Positions 36,191-43,956 of a stretch of 64,000 nt of DNA are shown in pieces; position 1 is the stretch's first letter, and every line of letters starts with the position of its first letter. A model generated the notes under the pieces. The model did no database searches. It saw only the letters and a program-made list of their open reading frames with translations, and had not been told where the DNA came from. Both the position numbers and the translations under genes were made by a program. Origin of the DNA: Pedobacter sp. (GTDB lineage Bacteria; Desulfobacterota; Desulfuromonadia; Desulfuromonadales; Syntrophotaleaceae); NCBI GenBank assembly GCA_050253415.1, contig JBFWJC010000002.1, positions 704,725 through 768,724 on the forward strand, in the 5' to 3' direction.

Positions 36191-37561
36191 ATGGATGTCC
36201 TTTTGCAACTCAAGAACTTTTCCTTTGCTTATCCAGGGATAGCTAAGGATATCTTGCATGGTGTCAACCTCGCGATCGAGCCGGGGTGTTGCTATTGTCT
36301 GACCGGGGCAACCGGTTCCGGTAAAACGACTCTGGCTCTGGCTTTGAAAGGGCTGTTGGAAAACGATTGCTGCACAGGGGACATCGTGCCTCCCGCGGCG
36401 TCTGACTTGGCCGACTTTCGGGTTGGTCTGGTATTGCAAAATCCTGAAACCCAGCTGCTGGCCACCACTGTCGGTGCCGAGGTGGCTTTTGGTCTCGAAA
36501 ATCTCTGCGTCGACCCCCAGGCTATGCCGGAGCGGGTCGAGGCCGCCCTATCTCTCGTTGATCTCCGCAAACCCCTCGATTATCCCGTTGCCATGCTGTC
36601 CATGGGACAGAAATACCGCTTGCTGATAGCGGCGTTGCTGGTCATGGAACCTCAGTTGTTGATACTCGATGAACCTGCGGCGCAGCTCGACCCAGAGGGG
36701 TTGTCGGCCCTCTGCGATATCCTTTCCATTTTGAAGTCCAGGGGGGTTGCCGTGGTGTTATGTGAGCACCACCCCGGACCGTTACTTGAGCTGGTGGATC
36801 ATTTCTGGCAACTAGACTGCGACGGCAGGCTTTCTCCTGGGCGTTGGCAGGCACCCTGCGAGTTGCAGACTCCTTCGGTGTCGCAAGGTGTCGGGGTTCT
36901 TTCCGACGCTCCGATTCTGCTTCAGGTGCGGGATCTGACTTTTATGGGGTATGGGGATAAGCCGGTTTGGGATGGCGTTTCCTTTGACATCAGGCGCGGG
37001 CAGTGTGTCGTTATAACGGGCATGAACGGAACGGGAAAGACCACTCTTTTGCGAGTGCTTGCCGGGTTTCTCAAGCCGGGAAGCGGCAATATCCGGATCT
37101 TCAATGCCGAACCGGATCCCCGTTTGTTGCGTCGCAGGCTGGGGTGCCTGTTTCAGAATCCCCATAAACAGATTTTTGAAAACACCGTGCGCGAGGAGAT
37201 TGCCTTTCCCTTGAAACGATTCGGTTGGCCTTCGGAAGAACGTACCGCCCGTATCGAAGAGACCCTACGTCTGTGCGGTATTGAAAATCTCATCGACGAT
37301 TCGCCGCATAAACTCAGTTACGGTCAAAAACACCTGGTGGCTATTGCTTCGGTATTGGCACCTGCTCCGGAGATGCTTTTAATGGATGATCCCTTTGCCG
37401 GTCTTGACGGTGCGCGCCAGCGGGATGTGATGAGGGTTCTGGCCGACTGGAACAGGGAACAGGGAGTCACCTTGGTGATGACGTCGCACGACCCCGATCA
37501 AATTCCGGTCTTGGCCGACGGTCATTTGCATATCGAAGGGGGCCACATTGGCTGGCAATAG
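36191..37561 (+). CDS. ECF-type transporter fused double ATPase (EcfA-A')
   Basis: Two Walker A motifs (GATGSGKT, GMNGTGKT), Q-loops LQNPETQL and FQNPHKQI, EVAFGLEN, and LSMGQ/LSYGQ signatures. Confidence 0.9.
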   Translation: MDVLLQLKNFSFAYPGIAKDILHGVNLAIEPGCCYCLTGATGSGKTTLALALKGLLENDCCTGDIVPPAASDLADFRVGLVLQNPETQLLATTVGAEVAFGLENLCVDPQAMPERVEAALSLVDLRKPLDYPVAMLSMGQKYRLLIAALLVMEPQLLILDEPAAQLDPEGLSALCDILSILKSRGVAVVLCEHHPGPLLELVDHFWQLDCDGRLSPGRWQAPCELQTPSVSQGVGVLSDAPILLQVRDLTFMGYGDKPVWDGVSFDIRRGQCVVITGMNGTGKTTLLRVLAGFLKPGSGNIRIFNAEPDPRLLRRRLGCLFQNPHKQIFENTVREEIAFPLKRFGWPSEERTARIEETLRLCGIENLIDDSPHKLSYGQKHLVAIASVLAPAPEMLLMDDPFAGLDGARQRDVMRVLADWNREQGVTLVMTSHDPDQIPVLADGHLHIEGGHIGWQ

Positions 37562-38249
37562 TTTTTTGCGTATGCACGGGGCGTTGGCCCATGGCCAGCG
37601 TCGAGACGACGGCCCCGAAAAGTCCGACAGGGGGCTGCCCTTGCCGGTGGGTGTCAAGATGCTGCTGGCGTTAACCCTTTCCTGTGGGGCTTTTGTGGCC
37701 CGTACCGGAACATTTCTCGGGGGACTTACCGCCGTCAATGCGCTGGTCTTTTTGCTGCTCCGCCCACAGGGCCTGTCCTGGTGGCGGCAAGGGAGATATT
37801 TTCTGGTTCAATCCTCCACCGTCATGGTGCTTTATATTATTCGGTTCCGATCTCTGTCAGGAGTATGGGACGGACTCTTGATTTCCTGGCAGCTTTTTCT
37901 GGCCTTTTGGCCGACCATGGTTTTCGCCAAAACCACTTCGCAAACGAAGATTGTGCGTGCCATGAATCGCGTCATACCGAGCCGTATGTCGTTCGTGCTG
38001 GCCACCTGTCTTAAATTCGCGCCGCACTTGCTGGAAGAAGTGCGGGACATTTACGAAGGGCAGGTATTGCGCGGTGCCAGGATCCTGCCTAAAGATCTGG
38101 TAAAACCGTCGAATTGGCCCGACCTTATGCATTGTGTTGTAGTGCCGGCCGTTGTGCAGGGGATGGCTCTGGCCAGCAATATTGCTCTGGCGGCGCGTGC
38201 ACGCGATTTTGGACTGTACCGCAGGCGTACCTGTTGGCCTGGGGAATAA
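37548..38249 (+). CDS. ECF transporter transmembrane T component (CbiQ/EcfT-like)
   Basis: Hydrophobic N-half plus the two Arg motifs (VLRG and RARDF). Start codon uncertain. Confidence 0.8.
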   Translation: MAGNSFLRMHGALAHGQRRDDGPEKSDRGLPLPVGVKMLLALTLSCGAFVARTGTFLGGLTAVNALVFLLLRPQGLSWWRQGRYFLVQSSTVMVLYIIRFRSLSGVWDGLLISWQLFLAFWPTMVFAKTTSQTKIVRAMNRVIPSRMSFVLATCLKFAPHLLEEVRDIYEGQVLRGARILPKDLVKPSNWPDLMHCVVVPAVVQGMALASNIALAARARDFGLYRRRTCWPGE

Positions 38250-38277
38250 TTTGCCGGCTCCCAAGGAGTTTTGTCGC

Positions 38278-38832
38278 ATGGTCAAGTCGTTTGTGGCGCG
38301 TTTTTCAGACAGTTTTCGCTTGCCTCTCAAGGATGCCTTGTTTCTTGGTTTTTGCGCTGTGTTTGCGGTGCTGGTGCGGGTTGTCCTGCGACTGCATCTG
38401 AGCATCTCCGGGCACGCCATGATTATCAAGATTTTCTTTTTGATGTTGGGCAGGGCGAGCACTCCCTGTCGCTACGGTGCCAGTTTTACGGCGCTGCTGG
38501 CTGGGACGGCAGCCATGTTTCTCGGGTTTGCCAAGGCTGGTCCATTTATAGTCGTCAAATACCTGATGGCGGGTGTGATTATTGACCTTTCGGCCTATTT
38601 CCTGCCGGTACTGTTTAGCAGCTATGTCTTGTGTGCCCTGGTGGCGGCAGTGGCATCGTCCACCAAGTTCGCTACCGCCTACGCAGTTAATGCCATGGTT
38701 GGTATGGATCCGGTGGTAAATATGCAGCGATCCCTTCTGGAAGCGACGGGTGCAGTGATTTTTGGCGTCATCGGTGGTTTGCTGGTGCCGATGGTTGTGC
38801 GACGTCTCAAGGCTTACGGCGTTATTCGATAG
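38278..38832 (+). CDS. Putative ECF substrate-specific S component
   Basis: About 184 aa with roughly six hydrophobic segments, directly after EcfA and EcfT. Conserved-looking LHLSISGH loop. Confidence 0.7.
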   Translation: MVKSFVARFSDSFRLPLKDALFLGFCAVFAVLVRVVLRLHLSISGHAMIIKIFFLMLGRASTPCRYGASFTALLAGTAAMFLGFAKAGPFIVVKYLMAGVIIDLSAYFLPVLFSSYVLCALVAAVASSTKFATAYAVNAMVGMDPVVNMQRSLLEATGAVIFGVIGGLLVPMVVRRLKAYGVIR

Positions 38833-38872
38833 GCAGAGAACAGGGCAGCCTGCGAGCTGCCGGGAGTGAGTA

Positions 38873-39616
38873 ATGATGAAAATTCTTGTATGTATCGACG
38901 ACACGGATAATCTCGAATCACGCGGCACCGGTGATCTGGCGACGGAACTCGCCGAAGAACTCGAAAATCGTGGTTGGGGGCGCAGTAGCTTTGTGACCCG
39001 TCATCAATTGCTGGTGCACCCCGATGTGCCTTACACGTCGCACAATAGCTCCATGTGTTTTGAGGCGGAGATCGATCCTGCTTATCTGGAGTCGCTGATT
39101 TCCTACGCCGGAGAGTATCTGGAGAGAGAAAGTGCCACCGGTTCCGATCCTGGCCTGTGTGTTACTGTCTTGGAACGCCTGGCGGAACCGCAAGCGATGG
39201 TAGATTTCGGGCGCAGTGCCAAAGAAACGGTGCTTAACAAAAAAATGGCCTATGACCTGGCAGAGAAGTTAGGTGTGCACCTTTCCGAGCATGGCGGTAC
39301 CGGGCAGGGCGTGGTCGGTGCATTGGCCGGTATCGGCCTGAGGATGAGTGGCAAGGACGGGCGCATGAAAGGCTGGTTGAAAATCAGCACCGATAACGGG
39401 CTGGCCCGGGTAGGCGATATCTTGGATGAGGTAGATCTGCGGGGTGTTCGCACCATGGCCGGCGAGGTGCTTGGCCACGAAGAAATCGTAGCCGTTGATG
39501 ACAAACCGAAAGCGGTCATGGTCGATGGTGGCACTTATTTGATGGTGTCGCCGGTGGATAATGGTGACGGGGTACGCTGGCGCACCACTCCGCGGCAGCA
39601 ACTCAAGCGGTTTTGA
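38873..39616 (+). CDS. Stand-alone TiaS/DUF1743-like protein (DDTD motif)
   Basis: ILVCIDDTD...GTG, TRHQL..HPDVPYTSHNS, SDPGLC and GGTGQGVVGALAGIG parallel the N-terminal core of TiaS. It appears to lack the C-terminal OB and Zn-ribbon domains. Confidence 0.72.
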   Translation: MMKILVCIDDTDNLESRGTGDLATELAEELENRGWGRSSFVTRHQLLVHPDVPYTSHNSSMCFEAEIDPAYLESLISYAGEYLERESATGSDPGLCVTVLERLAEPQAMVDFGRSAKETVLNKKMAYDLAEKLGVHLSEHGGTGQGVVGALAGIGLRMSGKDGRMKGWLKISTDNGLARVGDILDEVDLRGVRTMAGEVLGHEEIVAVDDKPKAVMVDGGTYLMVSPVDNGDGVRWRTTPRQQLKRF

Positions 39617-39626
39617 GGAGGACGCC

Positions 39627-39830
39627 ATGTGGCATAGCAATAAACACGGAGAACGCGAATTCCGCCATGGCCAGGAAGCCTATAGCCTTGCCGCGGATCA
39701 AGCCGGGGCTTGCCATCACTTTTGCCCCGACGTGGAGGAGGAATGGGCTACCGATGACGAGCGTTCCTGCTACAACTGCCGGCTAAGACGCTGGACAGTT
39801 GCCTCATTCCTTTGCATGCGGCCAGCCTGA
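39627..39830 (+). CDS. Small Cys-rich protein (67 aa)
   Basis: Strong GAGGAGG ribosome-binding site and operon spacing. CHHFCPDVEEE...SCYNCRLRRW...LC contains five Cys. Confidence 0.72.
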   Translation: MWHSNKHGEREFRHGQEAYSLAADQAGACHHFCPDVEEEWATDDERSCYNCRLRRWTVASFLCMRPA

Positions 39831-39859
39831 TCGTTGTTATGAACCATATAGGGGGATCC

Positions 39860-40675
39860 ATGTACACAAGACTGCTGATGGCTGTAATAGTTATGCTGCT
39901 GGGCGCCGGGTGGTCGGCGGCGGAGGATTGGGTTCAGGAAAGTCCGGGACAAAAAGCATACTACGACGCAGATGGCAACTTGGTACGGGTGCTGCTCGAC
40001 ACGGATGGCGACAAAAGGTTCGAAACCGAAGAACTTTACGGGGGGCGGCGTCTTTCCCGGCGCGAAGATCGGGACGGAGACGGCGTCTGGGAGCGCCAGT
40101 TCTCCTGGCAGAAGGATGGTTCGGCCATCCTGGTGGAGGACCGGGGTAAAGGGGCCAGGCAGACAACCTGGTTCGATTCCCGGGGTACCATGATTAAGGT
40201 GGAAAAAGATAAGGATCGCGACGGATGCCCTGAAACCACCTGGCATTATGAAAGGGGAGTGTTGCGGGAGGTTGTCAAAGCCCGTGGTACCTGGTTTTAT
40301 AAGGATGGCCAGATGATTCATGCCGAAATCGATACAGATCGTGATGGCCGGATCGATCGTAAGGAATATTATAGGCAGGGTCATCTGGATCGCGCAGAGG
40401 AGATGAATGCTTCCGGCAAGGTCCGCTGCGTGTGGACCTTTGATACAAGCGGCAGGCCGTTGCGGGCTGAAGAGGATGCCAACGGCGACGGGCGCAGGGA
40501 GACCACCCGCGTTTATCAAAAGGATGGCTCCCAGAGCATGACCGTGGATGCTGATGGAAACGGTACACCCGAACTTCGAGAACATTATTCGGCAAAAGGG
40601 CGGATGATCAGTCGCGAAGAAGATCTGGACGGCGACGGTGTATTTGATTTGCGCACCGGACGCGTTAAGGAGTAA
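39860..40675 (+). CDS. Exported repeat protein with multiple Dx[DN]xDG motifs
   Basis: Signal peptide MYTRLL...WSAA. Repeats DTDGD, DRDGDG, DKDRDG, DTDRDG, DANGDG, DADGNG and DLDGDG. Confidence 0.78.
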   Translation: MYTRLLMAVIVMLLGAGWSAAEDWVQESPGQKAYYDADGNLVRVLLDTDGDKRFETEELYGGRRLSRREDRDGDGVWERQFSWQKDGSAILVEDRGKGARQTTWFDSRGTMIKVEKDKDRDGCPETTWHYERGVLREVVKARGTWFYKDGQMIHAEIDTDRDGRIDRKEYYRQGHLDRAEEMNASGKVRCVWTFDTSGRPLRAEEDANGDGRRETTRVYQKDGSQSMTVDADGNGTPELREHYSAKGRMISREEDLDGDGVFDLRTGRVKE

Positions 40676-40680
40676 GGAAC

Positions 40681-41385
40681 ATGCAGAGCTGGGTTGCTTT
40701 TATGGAAAAAGCCGGTCCCATCGGGATCACTATTCTTTTCTGTTCGGTGATCGCACTGTTTATCATCATCGAACGGGTCCTGGCCTACCGGTCGCTCCGG
40801 TTGAAAGACCCGCGCCTGTTTCATCGTTTGCGCAAACGGGCGCAAGAAGGTCAGTTTTCCGAGGCCGCCACCATGGTCAGGGATGAGCGCCATCCCTGGG
40901 CGGTGGCCATGACAGAGGTTCTGGCACGCCTTGACAGTAAGACCCGCGCTACCGGTCGCACCGAGCTGGAAAAAACCTTCGCCCATGCCGCGACGCGCGA
41001 AGTGCGCAAGATGGAACGCTTTCTCCCCACCCTGTATCTTATCGCCAGTATCTCGCCGTTGCTCGGTCTGCTTGGCACGGTGGCGGGCATGATCAAGGCT
41101 TTTCAGGCCATTGAAAACCTCGGCGGTAAAGTCGATTCATCGGTGCTGGCGGGGGGGATATGGGAAGCGATGTTGACCACTGCTCTTGGCCTCGGGGTGG
41201 CTATCCCGGCCATGGTGGCGCATAACTACCTGCAAGGTAAAGTGCATGCCATGGTGGCCGATATGAAGGAAGAAACCGGAGTTTTTCTCGACGCCCTCGA
41301 AGATACCGGGCAGCTCGGAGTCAACAAGGATAAAGGTCTGGCTTCGGTTCATTCCGTGCCCGGTGCTGGCAGGGAGGCTCGATAA
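40681..41385 (+). CDS. exbB: ExbB/TolQ/MotA proton channel
   Basis: SPLLGLLGTVAGMIKAF and LAGGIWEAMLTTALGLGVAIPA motifs. Confidence 0.93.
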   Translation: MQSWVAFMEKAGPIGITILFCSVIALFIIIERVLAYRSLRLKDPRLFHRLRKRAQEGQFSEAATMVRDERHPWAVAMTEVLARLDSKTRATGRTELEKTFAHAATREVRKMERFLPTLYLIASISPLLGLLGTVAGMIKAFQAIENLGGKVDSSVLAGGIWEAMLTTALGLGVAIPAMVAHNYLQGKVHAMVADMKEETGVFLDALEDTGQLGVNKDKGLASVHSVPGAGREAR

Positions 41386-41786
41386 TGGATATCCCGGTTC
41401 GCTCCCAGACGACGGGGTTGAACCTGACCCCTCTTATCGATATCGTATTCCTGCTGCTGGTTTTTTTTCTGCTTACCACGCAATTTATAGAGGAAGACGG
41501 CATCGGTGTGCGGCTGCCGGCGGCCACCGCCAGCACTACCCGCGAGAAGGACGAGATTGCGGTGGCCATCACGCGTGATGGGAAGTTGTTTGTCGCAGGT
41601 CAGCCACTGCCGTTATCCGACCTCGAGCAGAAGCTGCGCAGCCTGCTCGGGGCTGACACAACGGTTGTTATCCGCGGAGACCGGGATGTCCCTTTGCAGA
41701 CAGCGGTTTCTGTCATGGAGCGATCCAAGAAAGCTGGGGCAGTGCGTATTGTCGTTGCAACGCTTGAAGAAGCAGGCTCGCCGTGA
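41385..41786 (+). CDS. exbD: ExbD/TolR
   Basis: LNLTPLIDIVFLLLVFFLL and VIRGDRDV motifs. Confidence 0.93.
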   Translation: MDIPVRSQTTGLNLTPLIDIVFLLLVFFLLTTQFIEEDGIGVRLPAATASTTREKDEIAVAITRDGKLFVAGQPLPLSDLEQKLRSLLGADTTVVIRGDRDVPLQTAVSVMERSKKAGAVRIVVATLEEAGSP

Positions 41787-42523
41787 AGACCTCTCGCACA
41801 TGGATGGCCCTGGGCACATCTCTCACTATACATATAGGCCTGGTGCTGGTCCTCGGTATGGGATTGATGCAACCCCATCGGGTGGTCAATCGCATAGAGG
41901 TCAATCTCGAGGGGGCCGCAGTACCCAGCAGGCCGCCGGGAGTGCAAGCTCCGTCGCCCGTTGCCGGTCCGGAAATGCCTAACTCCGCATCCCTGCCGAC
42001 GTCGACGTCGGTCGCTCCGCATCTGTCTTTGAAGGCACCTTCTGTCGTTGCACCGGCTCCGGCCAATTTCGATGATGATGGAGCGCTTCCGCCGCCGGTT
42101 GCCGGAGGGGTGCCTGGGCCCATCGGTGTACCTCTGCATGCCGTGAGTGGGGGCGGCATGGACGGGGCGGGTTCGGGTAGCGGTCCCGGTGTAGCCGGAG
42201 GTGGGCAAGGTCGGCAGGGAGCAGGACCTTCATCCGCATTGGCCGGCTATCTCAATGCCATAAGGGCCCGCGTGGATGCCGCTAAGCGTTACCCTCAGAT
42301 GGCCCAGCAGCGTCGCCTGGAAGGAGTTGTTGTCGTAACCTTCCGGTTGACCTTCGATGGTCGATTAATGGGTGAGCCTCTGGTCACCAGGAGCTCAGGT
42401 TCAAAGCAGCTCGATAGGGCCGCGTTGCTGGCGGTGCGACGTGGTGCTCCTTATCCTTCCTTTCCATTGAATCCGAAGGATATGAAAGCGCTCGAAATTC
42501 CGGTGAAGTTTTTCCTGCGCTGA
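41783..42523 (+). CDS. tonB: TonB energy transducer
   Basis: N-terminal TM SxxxH (SLTIH), Pro/Gly-rich linker, YP..A...RLEG and RSSGSKQLDRAAL. Confidence 0.9.
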   Translation: MKTSRTWMALGTSLTIHIGLVLVLGMGLMQPHRVVNRIEVNLEGAAVPSRPPGVQAPSPVAGPEMPNSASLPTSTSVAPHLSLKAPSVVAPAPANFDDDGALPPPVAGGVPGPIGVPLHAVSGGGMDGAGSGSGPGVAGGGQGRQGAGPSSALAGYLNAIRARVDAAKRYPQMAQQRRLEGVVVVTFRLTFDGRLMGEPLVTRSSGSKQLDRAALLAVRRGAPYPSFPLNPKDMKALEIPVKFFLR

Positions 42524-42557
42524 GCAGGGGGGCTTATCTGTGAGTCGGTTAAACTGG

Positions 42558-42586
42558 AAAATCCGCAATTAATTGCGGATTTTTTT
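42558..42586 (+). terminator. Perfect palindrome with T-run after tonB
   Basis: AAAATCCGCAATTAATTGCGGATTTT followed by TT. Confidence 0.7.
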
Positions 42587-42676
42587 GTTTAATAGAGAGA
42601 CAAGTAGCGGATTTTTCGTATGCTATGGACATAAGCGTCAACACGCTCCCCAACTTCTCTAGCGAAGGGCTAAGGC

Positions 42677-43921
42677 ATGGGAAAGCATGCAGCATCCACT
42701 CTGGTGGGGATGGACGAAAATGTGCAGTTACCGGTAGAGAGTCTGCCGGCGCAGCACTGGGATGTGATTATTGTCGGAGCAGGACCGGCGGGCTGTGTTG
42801 CGGCCATAGAACTGGCCGGGATGGGGCACCGCGTATTGCTGGCCGACCGGGATTGGTTTCCGCGCGATAAAGTTTGCGGTGACGGACTTACCCCGGGTGC
42901 CATCCGGATTCTGCGGCGTTTGGGGCTTTATGATACGGTAAGAAAAGTTGGACGACACTGCTCGGAGATGAGTGTCTTCAGTCCGGCACATGTTCGTATC
43001 GATGTGCCGGGAGACTATATAACCGTAAGGCGCAAAATTCTTGATCAGCTAATGGTTCGCAAGGCACTTGCTGCCGGGGTGACTTTTGTTCGGGGCACGG
43101 CCGATATTCTGGAATCGCAAGCTGATAGCAAAGCAAACGTGCACTTTGGTGAAGGTCAGGCGGTGCACACCGCAGAATGTTGTCTGTTGGCGACCGGAGG
43201 ACGGCTGGCTCTGGCGCAAAGAGCGGGCCTGGTGACGCATCCAGTTGCCAGCGGAGCAGCGGTTCGTTGTTATATTCGCTCACGTATATCTCTTGATCGA
43301 CTGGTCGTTGCCTGCGAACGCAATATTCTGCCTGGTTACGCCTGGATCTTTCCTGTCGACAAGGATCTGTTCAATGTTGGCTGTGGTCGCTTCATGTACG
43401 GCCGCAACGAAAAGCATGTCAGCCTTCGAAAAGTCTTTGCGGCTTTTGTCGACGAATTTCCTCTGGCCCGGGAACTTTTGAGCCAGGGCGCAATCGAAAC
43501 GCCTTTGAAAGGCGGTGTTCTTCGCAGTGGCTGGCAGCAGGCGGGACCAATGGCCCGCGGGCCTTTTTTAGGCATGGGGGAAATGGTCGGTACAACCTCG
43601 CCTTACACCGGTGAAGGTATAGGCAAGGCCATGCAAAGTGGTGTTCTGTCAGCCAGGCTTGTGCATCGGTGTCTTCTTAAAGGGGAGATGTCCGCATTGC
43701 GGCGTTACCCGGAATATCTTCAACAGCTTGGGGGGTTGCATTACGAAGGGTTCAAGCGTACCCGTCGTTGGTTTTTGCAGCCCTGGTTGGTCGACTTTTT
43801 TGCTCGTCGCATAAACAGAAGTCCCTACCTGTACGAAACTTTCAAAGGTATTCTCCAGGAAAAAAACGACCCCGCGCAGGTCTTCTCCTGCCGCGGGGTT
43901 TGGCGTTCTCTTTGGCACTGA
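42677..43921 (+). CDS. Geranylgeranyl reductase-family FAD oxidoreductase
   Basis: DVIIVGAGPAG, FPRDKVCGDGL, GYAWIFP and PYTGEGI..AM.SG motifs. Confidence 0.88.
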   Translation: MGKHAASTLVGMDENVQLPVESLPAQHWDVIIVGAGPAGCVAAIELAGMGHRVLLADRDWFPRDKVCGDGLTPGAIRILRRLGLYDTVRKVGRHCSEMSVFSPAHVRIDVPGDYITVRRKILDQLMVRKALAAGVTFVRGTADILESQADSKANVHFGEGQAVHTAECCLLATGGRLALAQRAGLVTHPVASGAAVRCYIRSRISLDRLVVACERNILPGYAWIFPVDKDLFNVGCGRFMYGRNEKHVSLRKVFAAFVDEFPLARELLSQGAIETPLKGGVLRSGWQQAGPMARGPFLGMGEMVGTTSPYTGEGIGKAMQSGVLSARLVHRCLLKGEMSALRRYPEYLQQLGGLHYEGFKRTRRWFLQPWLVDFFARRINRSPYLYETFKGILQEKNDPAQVFSCRGVWRSLWH

Positions 43922-43956
43922 TACCTTGGCGTCATCTCCATTATCTTCTGATGCTC

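Noticed and set aside
36139..36246. 35 aa ORF (MNSLGKTALD...) behind a hairpin-occluded GGGAG site, overlapping the ECF ATPase start
   Set aside because: It has no homology cue and overlaps the ATPase out of frame. It cannot be supported without ribosome profiling.
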